Assembly (NCBI GenBank): GCA_963785995.1
Contig: CAWAXL010000012.1
Span: 1,556-65,555, forward strand
Length of the DNA: 64,000 nt
Direction: 5' to 3'
Source of the DNA: an uncultured Alphaproteobacteria bacterium
GTDB taxonomy: Bacteria; Pseudomonadota; Alphaproteobacteria; Rhizobiales; Beijerinckiaceae
Below, in pieces: positions 56,076-64,000 of the stretch (position 1 is its first letter; every line of letters begins with the position of its first letter). The notes under the pieces are model-generated. The model searched no databases. It had not been told where the DNA came from and saw only the letters and a list, made by a program, of their open reading frames with translations. A program made the translations under genes and the position numbers.

Positions 56076-56445
56076 ATGCATCGTTTCATAAAAATCCTCG
56101 TCGCGTCTGCCACCCTGTCCTCGGTGGCCGCAACTGATGCTTTTGCGCATGCCTTCCTGGACCACGCAGTTCCAGGAGTCGGGATGACCGTCTCCGGTTC
56201 GCCCCACGAACTCAGGCTCTATTTTACGCAGGGCGTGGTGACCGCTTTCTCCGGCGTACAAGTTGCCAGCGACACGGGAGCCCCGGTGCCGGCGGGAAAG
56301 CCGGTGAACGACCCTTCCAATCAGAGCGGTCTTGATCGTCCGGCTTGGACATGCGCTCAAGCCAGGCACTTATATGGTGACCTGGCATGTGGTCTCGGTA
56401 GATACCCATACAACCTCTGGCTCGTTCAGATTTACAGTCTCCTGA
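56076..56445 (+). CDS. copC: Copper chaperone CopC (one frameshift)
   Basis: AFA|HAFLDHAVP...WHVVSVDTH...GSFRFTV; His1 and DxH present. Confidence 0.92.
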
Positions 56446-56561
56446 TCTGGCTGGACGCCTTCGCATTCGCAGCCGGGCTTACCACGCAATCTGCGCGGCA
56501 AGTCCGGCCCTGCCATTCTGCGAGAACGTCGCCCACCGGCAGTTGATAAGGCCGCTCAGCA

Positions 56562-57501
56562 ATGGTGTTGGTTTTCTGGCCGCTTGTCATAGCACGTTGG
56601 ATCCATTTCGCTTCAGTGTTCGTGCTGTTTGGGTCCTCGTTCTTTTGGTTTTACGTGGGACACGAGCGATCATCCGCTGGCGGCAGTGGATTGCCGCGAA
56701 CCCTTCGCGCGACAACCAATTTGCTGCGCATTGCCGCCCCCTTGGCGGCGATTTCCGGCATCGCCTGGCTTGCGTTCATCTTGATCAATATCGCGCGTGA
56801 CTTTGGCAGCGTCGTCGACCCCGAGGATCTCCGCCTTTTCTTTTTTGAAACGCCATTCGGCACGGTGTCTTTCCTTCGTCTCGCGCTCCTCGCGATTGCG
56901 ATCGCGATCGCCTTCCTGCCTCGGCACGGCCGTTGGTCGTTCGCCGCTCTCCTTCCAGTCAGCGCGGTGCTTTTGGTGACCCAAGCCTGGTTCGGCCATT
57001 CAGCCGATGGCGTTGGGTATTATCGAGCCGCCATGATCACGGTTTACGGCATCCATGCGATCGCCGCGGCCGCCTGGGTCGGCGGGCTCGTGCCGCTTCT
57101 TTTCGCAATTATGGAACAACGTCGCTGCGGGCCTTCGGAAGAAGCATGCAACCGCACTTTCGATATTTTGTCCCACTTCTCGCTGATGGCGATCGTAGCG
57201 GTCACCCTAATCGTGTTGAGCGGTGCCACCAACGCGGGCTTTCGCGTTGTTGGATTGTTCGGCAAGCTTTTGGACAGCGATTATGGCGATGTGCTTCTCA
57301 AAAAGATTGCGCTCGTGACCGTCATGCTCGCCTTTGCTTGTCTCAACCGGTTCGTCTTGATGCCAGGGTTGCGCGCCGCGTCGTTGAAGGGCGAACGTCA
57401 AATGGTTAAGCTACGCTACAGCGTGACTTTCGAACTGGCGATCGGGATTCTTTGTTCTCGGCGCGTCGGCCATCCTCGGTATCACGATGCCGCCGCAGTG
57501 A
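56562..57501 (+). CDS. copD: Copper uptake membrane protein CopD (frameshift near the 3' end)
   Basis: RWIHF, ETPFG, GHS, HAIAAAAWVGGL, NRF. Confidence 0.9.
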
Positions 57502-57590
57502 CCGAGCCATCAGCGGCCGGCTCTGCTAAATTGCAACCTGATACTCGCCGAGATTTCATTTCGAGGCCCTAGCCTTAAGGATGGAAATCC

Positions 57591-57971
57591 ATGGACCGTC
57601 GTAAATTCATCGTCGCCGTTGGAAGTGCCGCCATGATGGCTTCGACCGCTCCGGCTTTCGCACGGCTGAGGGGTGGCGCGTTCCTCGATCACGCCGTCCC
57701 CGGCGTCGGATTGACCGTGACGGGTCCGGTGCGCGAACTCCGGCTATATTTTACCCGAGAGGTGCTCACGGCCTATTCCAGGGTTCAGGTCACAAGTTCC
57801 ACCGGAGCCGTTATTGGGACCAGCAAGCCCATCAATGATCCTTCCGACCAAAGCGTTGTGAGCGTTCGTTTTGGCCATGCGCTCAAGCCCGGCACCTATT
57901 TGGTGAGCTGGTATGTCGTCTCGATCTACGAACGTCCGACTTCCGGTACATTTCGATTTACGGTCTCTTGA
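57591..57971 (+). CDS. CopC paralogue with Tat signal, lacking canonical Cu(II) ligands
   Basis: MDRRKFI twin-arginine motif; AFA|RLRGGAFLDHAVP; WYVVSIYER replaces WHVVSVDTH. Confidence 0.85.
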   Translation: MDRRKFIVAVGSAAMMASTAPAFARLRGGAFLDHAVPGVGLTVTGPVRELRLYFTREVLTAYSRVQVTSSTGAVIGTSKPINDPSDQSVVSVRFGHALKPGTYLVSWYVVSIYERPTSGTFRFTVS

Positions 57972-58108
57972 ACCATTATTGTTCATGACCGCTTCCGTCA
58001 TGATTCTGCCGCAGTGAACGTCCCTCCCCCTTAGGTATTCTCCCTGAGTTGGCATGGCGATGCCGTCAAATAGAATGGGCGGACGTTGAACCTGATAGGG
58101 GAAGACCA

Positions 58109-58651
58109 ATGCCACAGGTCTCGCCAACGATTTTGCGTTACGATGGTCTGACAATCTGGTTCCATTGGACAGTGGCGTTGCTCGTCATGGTCCTATGGTT
58201 GGTGGCGCAGGTGATCGACTGGTTTCCGAAAGGCATGCCCCGGATCGAAGTGCGATCGATCCATATTGGCCTTGGGTTATTGCTCGGTGTCCTGCTGGTG
58301 GCGCGCGGAGTGTGGCGGGCAACGCGCGGGCGGGTCCTGCCCCCTGGCGATCGCGGGACGCTGCACGTCCTGGCGAAATCGATGCACTATACGCTTTATG
58401 TCCTTTTGTTCGCTATGGTTCTGGTAGGGATCTTCCTTGTCTGGGTCCGCGGCGACAGTTTTTTTGGCCTGTTCACCGTGCCTGCCTTCGATCCTGGAAA
58501 TAAAGCGTTGCGCGACAATGTTGAGGAATTGCATGGCACGATCGCGACCGTCATTCTTGTTCTTGCCGGCCTGCATGCCTTGGCGAGCCTCATCCACCAT
58601 TATTTATGGCATGATAACATCTTGCAGCGTATGTTTCCGGGTAGAAGCTAA
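58109..58651 (+). CDS. Cytochrome b561 (CybB/YceJ family)
   Basis: FHW, SIHIGLG, MHY, LHG, LHALASLIHH. Confidence 0.9.
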   Translation: MPQVSPTILRYDGLTIWFHWTVALLVMVLWLVAQVIDWFPKGMPRIEVRSIHIGLGLLLGVLLVARGVWRATRGRVLPPGDRGTLHVLAKSMHYTLYVLLFAMVLVGIFLVWVRGDSFFGLFTVPAFDPGNKALRDNVEELHGTIATVILVLAGLHALASLIHHYLWHDNILQRMFPGRS

Positions 58652-58673
58652 GCTAGCGGAAATACGTTCTTAG

Positions 58674-59372
58674 ATGCCCGTCACGCCGCACGTTGAAAAG
58701 CACTTTCTCGCGTCCGCACTCGTCCGCGACGTCGTCATCGGAATGGCGGACGGACTCACGGTTCCTTTTGCGCTCGCGGCGGGTCTCTCGGGGGCTGTAT
58801 CCTCAACACAGATCATTATTACCGCCGGTCTCGCCGAGGTGGCGGCGGGCGGCTTGGCGATGGGTCTTGGCGGATATCTGGCGGCGCGCACGGATCTCGA
58901 ACATTATCGGTCCGAACTGCAACGGGAAAAGAACGAGGTCAAACAAGTCCCGGAAAGCGAGCGCGCCGAAGTCCGGCAGATTTTGCGCGGCCAGGGTCTC
59001 GATCCCGCCTTGGCTGAAACGGTGACCGCCGCGCTCACCCGCGATTCGGAACGCTGGATCCGTTTCATGATGCGCTTCGAACTCGGCCTGGAAGAACCTG
59101 AAGCCGGTCGGGAACTCAAGAGCGCCCTGACGATTGGCGCCGCCTATGTCGTCGGTGGGCTCATTCCGCTGTCGCCCTATTTCCTGCTGCCGACGGTTTC
59201 CCGCGCATTGCCGATCTCGATTCTCGTGACCTTGGCGGCTCTCTTGATCTTTGGCGGCGTCAAGGGCCAAATGACCGGAGTTTCGCCGGTCAGGAGCGCT
59301 CTGCAGACCGCGATTGTCGGTTCTCTTGCGGCGGCCGCCGCTTTTGCCATCGCCCGGGCAGTTGGCGCGTGA
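58674..59372 (+). CDS. VIT1/CCC1-family Fe/Mn transporter
   Basis: RDVVIGMADGLTVPFAL, AMGLGGYL, MMRFELGL. Confidence 0.93.
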   Translation: MPVTPHVEKHFLASALVRDVVIGMADGLTVPFALAAGLSGAVSSTQIIITAGLAEVAAGGLAMGLGGYLAARTDLEHYRSELQREKNEVKQVPESERAEVRQILRGQGLDPALAETVTAALTRDSERWIRFMMRFELGLEEPEAGRELKSALTIGAAYVVGGLIPLSPYFLLPTVSRALPISILVTLAALLIFGGVKGQMTGVSPVRSALQTAIVGSLAAAAAFAIARAVGA

Positions 59373-59454
59373 TCGCCCGCATGCGCGGGCAATTCTTGCC
59401 AATTTCGATTTGCAATTCGCACCGTGATCGAAAACCGCGCAACCGGGTGGACTG

Positions 59455-60732
59455 ATGTTCAATCTTGATCCCGTGATCCTCAGTCTGGCCGTCGCTCTTG
59501 GTATCGGCCTCCTCATTGGCACGGAGCGCGAGCGCCGAAAGGGAGAAGGAGTAGACCGCTCGCCCGCCGGTCTTCGGACATTTGCGCTCGCTTCCATCAC
59601 CGGGGCGATCAGCCTCATCGGCGGCGGAATCCCTCTTCTCGCCGTTACGCTCGGCGGAATTTTTGCGCTTTCCGCGCTCGCCCATTGGCGCGAGCATGAC
59701 GACGATCCGGGTCTCACCACGGAAATCGCCCTGAGCGCGGCAACGCTTCTCGGCGGCCTTGCAATAACGCAACCGGGGCTTGCGGCCGGCATTGCGGTCG
59801 CGGTGACGATTCTGTTGAGCGCCAGATCGGCTCTCCACCGCTTTGTCCGCTCCGTGCTCAGCGAGATTGAAGTCAAAGACGCTTTGATCTTCGCCGCCGC
59901 CACGCTGATCGTATTGCCGATATTGCCAAATCAAAACATGGGGCCGTTCGACGCCCTCAATCCTCACACGATCTGGATCATCGTCATTCTTGTCATGGCG
60001 GTCGGCGCGCTTGGCCATATCGCGGTCCGGCTTGTGGGAGCCCGCTATGGACTTCCCGTCGCAGGCTTGGCTTCCGGGTTCATTTCCGGCACGGCAACCG
60101 TTGCGGCCATGGGCGCGCGCGCCGCAAAGACGCCAGCCGAGCTTTGGCCCGTGGCGGCGGGCGCGGTCCTGTCGACGGTCGGAACCCTCATTCAATTGGG
60201 TTTGGTGCTCGCTGCGACGAATATCGAGGTGCTGAAAGCCGTCGCCCTTCCCCTTGCGTTGGGTGGCGCCGCCGCGGTTTTATATGGCCTAGCGTTCTCG
60301 CTTGTCGCCTTCAGCGAGGGTGCGGAAGCCGTGGAGGAGCACGGACAAGCGTTCAGCCCGTGGACGGCCATCATCTTCGCGGCGATGCTCACGGCGGTTT
60401 TGCTCATTTCAAGAGCCATGAACGAATGGTTTGGCGCAACCGGCGTCGTGGCCACCGCGGCTTTCGCAGGTTTGGCGAGTATCGATCCGGCGGCCATTTC
60501 GGTTGCCGTCCTAACCAGCGCCGGAAAGATGGCGGCAAGCGATGCTGTGCTTCCCATCTTGATCGCTCTATCGGTGAACACGCTGACCAAAATCGTCCTG
60601 GCCATAACCACCGGCGGTCTTGGCTTCAGTTTGCGCGTCGTGCCTGGTTTGGCCTTTGTCGTCCTGGCCGCCTGGGCAGGATGGTGGTTGCCGGTGTCGA
60701 AACTTGACTTTATCGGTATCCTTCCCGGCTAG
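59455..60732 (+). CDS. MgtC/SapB-DUF4010 membrane protein
   Basis: IGTERE, AGLRTF, GLTTE, GFISGTA. Confidence 0.88.
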   Translation: MFNLDPVILSLAVALGIGLLIGTERERRKGEGVDRSPAGLRTFALASITGAISLIGGGIPLLAVTLGGIFALSALAHWREHDDDPGLTTEIALSAATLLGGLAITQPGLAAGIAVAVTILLSARSALHRFVRSVLSEIEVKDALIFAAATLIVLPILPNQNMGPFDALNPHTIWIIVILVMAVGALGHIAVRLVGARYGLPVAGLASGFISGTATVAAMGARAAKTPAELWPVAAGAVLSTVGTLIQLGLVLAATNIEVLKAVALPLALGGAAAVLYGLAFSLVAFSEGAEAVEEHGQAFSPWTAIIFAAMLTAVLLISRAMNEWFGATGVVATAAFAGLASIDPAAISVAVLTSAGKMAASDAVLPILIALSVNTLTKIVLAITTGGLGFSLRVVPGLAFVVLAAWAGWWLPVSKLDFIGILPG

Positions 60733-60846
60733 ATCACGATGATTTTGGATTGACTCAATCCAAAATCATGAAGGTGATCGATTACAAAAGTTTAGAGCGG
60801 GATGCGGGCGGAAAACCGGTTTCCACTTTTCCTCATCCCGCTCTAG
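60729..60846. repeat. RIME/MITE-like repeat, copy 2 (inverted); its terminal CTAG includes the upstream stop codon
   Basis: Reverse complement closely matches 28458-28577. Confidence 0.9.
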
Positions 60847-60897
60847 AGGCTTGTTGCCTCATCTGTCCCGTGTCCACAATCTTTCGATTGCAAGCTC

Positions 60898-61879
60898 ATG
60901 CCCCGTCTTTCCATTTCCGTTGAGCGTTTCCCGATCCTCGGCAAATTCGTGATTGCGCGCGGCGCGAAAACAGAAGCTGTCGTGGTCGTCGCAACTATCG
61001 AGGACAAGGATTTTCGCGGGCGTGGCGAGGCCGTGCCCTATGCCCGCTACGGCGAGAGCGTCGAGAGCGTCCTCCGGCAGGTTGAACTCTGTGCGTTCGG
61101 CAATCGAGGTAGGCGCGGATCGCGCGGAACTTCAATCGCTCCTTCCTCCGGGTGCGGCCCGCAATGCACTCGATTGCGCGCTGTGGGATTTTGCCGCGAA
61201 GCAAAGCGGTATGCCCGTGCATGAACTCGCTTCCCTGCCCCCTCCGGAACCCATCACCACAGCCTACACAATCTCGGTCGGCAGCGCCTCGGAAATGGCG
61301 CAGGCGGCAGCCAATGCGAGCCTGCGTCCGCTGCTGAAAATTAAGCTTGCCGGTGAAGGCGACTCGGACCGTCTGTCCGCGGTCCGCTCCGCTGCACCGA
61401 ATGCGACCCTCATCGTCGATGCCAATGAAGCTTGGTCGATGGACAATCTCGAACGCAATCTCGCCGATTGTGCCAAGTTTGGTGTCGCTTTGATTGAGCA
61501 GCCGCTCCCGGCCAGCCAGGATGCGCAACTCGCCAACATCAAACATATCGTGCCGATTTACGCCGATGAGAGCGTTCACGACAGAACCGGCCTCGAAACC
61601 CTGCGAGACCGTTACGACGGCATCAATGTCAAACTCGACAAGACCGGCGGACTTACGGAAGCATTGGCTCTCGTGAGGCGAGCCGAAGCCCTTGGCTTCG
61701 AACTCATGATTGGCTGCATGGTTGCAAGCTCGCTGGCAATGGCACCCGCTCTATTGCTCGGCTCTCGCGCTCGCTTCGTCGATCTCGACGGTCCCCTTCT
61801 TCTCTCCGCCGATCGGCCGGAAGGGCTTCGCTATGAGGGCTCGCTGATTTACCCGCCCTCGCGGGATTTATGGGGATAG
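60898..61879 (+). CDS. dgcA: Dipeptide epimerase / N-acetyl-D-Glu racemase DgcA-like (one frameshift)
   Basis: GRGEAVPYARYGE, KIKL, VDANE, IEQP, ADES, KLDKTGG, DLDGP. Confidence 0.88.
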
Positions 61880-61998
61880 CGTCAAACTGAACGAGAGCAT
61901 CACCGCAAGGCTGGCGCGTCTTTTTTTTGGTAGGAAATGCGGTAAGGTAATAGAGATCTTCCGCCTGTCGTACCGCGCGGCCATGCCTAGGGGGGCCC

Positions 61999-62819
61999 AT
62001 GCCGAAAAAAACAGATTTTGACTCGCTCATAGAGGAATCCCTTCCTGCCGCCCCGCGACATCATCGATCCCGTGGCGATGGTCAGTCGTGAGCTCAAAAA
62101 ACCGCTGCCCAAGCGATTCTACAAGGAGGCGACGGTACAATCACGGGACGGTCAGTTCCTTTTGCTTCTCGACGGCCGCATCGCCAAGACCCCCGGCAAA
62201 AAGCCCTTGGCGTTGCCGACTTTGGCGGCAGCACAAGCGCTCGCCGCCGAATGGTCGAGCCAAGGCGAATTCATCGATCCGGCGACCATGCCGCTGACCC
62301 GCATCGTCAATTCCGCGATCGACGGCGTTGCGCAACGGATGGATGCCACGGTCGAAGAAATTGCCAAATATGCGGACTCAGATCTCACCTGCTATCGCGC
62401 CAGCCAGCCGGATTCGCTCGTGCGCGCGCAAGCGGCGGCGTTCGATCCGGTCCTTGCGTTTGCCCGCGATAGCCTCGGTGCGAGTTTCATTTGCACCGAA
62501 GGCCTAATGCATGTGGAACAGCCCCTGGCGGCCCGCATGGCGGTGCTGGAGGCGATCAAGGCCATGCAACGCGAACCGGCCGCGGCTTTCGTGCTAGCCG
62601 CGCTCCATGTGATGACAAGCCTGACCGGCTCGGTCCTCATCGCGCTCGCCGTTGCGAAGGGGATCTCTGACGCCCGCGGCCGGTTGGGCTGCCGCCCATG
62701 TGGACGAAGATTTTGAAATGCGTGCTTGGGGTCAGGATGCGGAGGCGCTGCACCGCCGGGAATGGCGATGGCTTGAAATGGACGCGGCGGCGCGACTTCT
62801 TCAGGCAGTATCGGATTAG
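61999..62819 (+). CDS. ATP12-family chaperone (frameshifts)
   Basis: PKRFYKE, LDGR..KTP, AAEW, MPLT, DLTCYRA. Confidence 0.9.
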
Positions 62820-62828
62820 CGGCCACAC

Positions 62829-63221
62829 CTAGGCAAGACGGCCGGTGCGGCCGAGGTGCGTCGAATTGAAAGCCTCCTGATATTTGAGCCCGAAACCCAG
62901 TGCGCGGTCGATACCGATATGGGCGCCCCAGATGAGAGCGATCGAGATCCCGGCCGGGGCTGCCAAGGCCGCACTTGCACCGAGCAGGGCGACAGGCCCG
63001 AGATAGGCGTGAAGTGCATTGTAGGCTATGGCTCCGCCACGCGGACCCACAAGATAGAAACACATCGAAAGGTCCGGGACGAGGATCAATGCCGCAAAGA
63101 GCCACCAGGATGCGCCGCTCTGGCTGAAAATGACGATGCAAAGGATCGCGACGGCGAGCCCTTCCGCCCGCAGCAAGACAAGCGGTGCACCGTTGACGAA
63201 ACCGGGTGGCTTAGCGATCAT
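62829..63221 (-). CDS. DUF4260-family membrane protein
   Basis: LLRAEG, PDLSM, YNALH, HIGIDRALGFGLKY, THLG. Confidence 0.9.
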   Translation of the reverse strand: MIAKPPGFVNGAPLVLLRAEGLAVAILCIVIFSQSGASWWLFAALILVPDLSMCFYLVGPRGGAIAYNALHAYLGPVALLGASAALAAPAGISIALIWGAHIGIDRALGFGLKYQEAFNSTHLGRTGRLA

Positions 63222-63416
63222 ATCCTGGTCCCTTTGCCTTTGCGTTCACATCACGGGCTCGACCCTAGTCCACGATCCTCCACGGCGGAAGCCGGTTTCG
63301 TGTTAAGATGCGCAAAAGCAAAGGTCCGGCGCGCACTCCGTTTCCTTTGGCCAATCGATTTTTCCTAACGATATTTCAATGAGCACGCCCACGATCAAAG
63401 AGCTTAAGTAAGAGCG

Positions 63417-64000
63417 ATGAAATCCATTCTCGAGCGACTTGCCGAGCGCCGCGCCCAGGCCCTGCGCGGAGGCGGACAGCAGCGCGTCGCCGCGCAACAC
63501 GAATCCGGCAAACTCACCGCGCGGGAACGAATCGAGCTTTTGGCCGATGAGGGCTCGTTCGAGGAGTTCGGCATGTTCGTCGAACATCGGGCGACCGACT
63601 TCGGCATGGATAAGCGCCACGCGCCCGGCGACGGAGTCGTCACCGGATCCGGCACTATCAATGGCCGCACCGTTTTTGTCTTCGCCAAGGATTTCACCGT
63701 TTTCGGCGGGTCGCTCTCTGAAACCCATGCACAGAAAATCGCCAAACTCCAAGATATGGCGCTTAGAAATCGCGCTCCCATCATCGGTCTTTTCGACTCA
63801 GGGGGCGCCCGCATTCAGGAAGGCGTCGCAGCGCTCGCCGGCTATGGCGAGGTCTTTCAACGCAATGTCTTGGCCTCCGGCGTCATTCCGCAGATTTCCG
63901 TGATCATGGGTCCTTGCGCCGGGGGCGACGTCTATTCCCCGGCGATGACCGATTTCGTTTTCATGGTCAAGGACACGAGCTATATGTTCGTGACCGGACC
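63417..64000 (+). CDS. pccB: Acyl/propionyl-CoA carboxylase beta subunit (5' part; frameshift)
   Basis: Manual translation [47 protein letters not shown]. Confidence 0.9.
   Translation, partial: MKSILERLAERRAQALRGGGQQRVAAQHESGKLTARERIELLADEGSFEEFGMFVEHRATDFGMDKRHAPGDGVVTGSGTINGRTVFVFAKDFTVFGGSLSETHAQKIAKLQDMALRNRAPIIGLFDSGGARIQEGVAALAGYGEVFQRNVLASGVIPQISVIMGPCAGGDVYSPAMTDFVFMVKDTSYMFVTG

Overview
GC-rich alphaproteobacterial DNA. Gene content and order suggest Hyphomicrobiales, probably Beijerinckiaceae-like; this is inference. The window has two parts. (1) Positions 1 to ~21,070 are a decayed genomic island abutting the 3' end of tRNA-Gln(TTG) (21046-21120, minus strand). Its integration module is DUF3489-DUF2924-large serine recombinase (LSR). 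It holds remnants of IS110/IS1111, IS1182, IS1380, IS6, IS66, an rve-type integrase and a group II intron. Its cargo includes a TMEM175 channel, a persulfide dioxygenase-rhodanese fusion, Prx6, a cupin, SmbP, a GYF-domain membrane protein and a CARDB lipoprotein. (2) From ~21,250 to the end is core chromosome: msrB, gyrB, clpB, prmC, htpG, pheS, cutA, aminopeptidase P, uvrA, trmFO, ubiA, rsmE, gshA, MATE, Mla/Pqi ABC system, a copper operon, cyt b561, VIT1, MgtC/DUF4010, dgcA, ATP12 and pccB. Many essential genes carry single-base frameshifts, most likely long-read indel errors. Best findings: (a) a 2,584-bp LSR element sits inside IS66 tnpC. Its predicted attP is symmetric about a GC core, excision would restore the tnpC junction, and circularisation would join an RBS+ATG at its right end in frame to an ORF at its left end. 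(b) An IS1111-type bridge RNA whose guide segments match its own insertion site in another mobile element's integrase gene. (c) A DUF2946 RAPP leader whose last codons can pair with the next gene's Shine-Dalgarno, heading a copper operon that also encodes a Tat-signal CopC paralogue lacking the canonical Cu(II) ligands. All family assignments come from motif recognition, not database searches.
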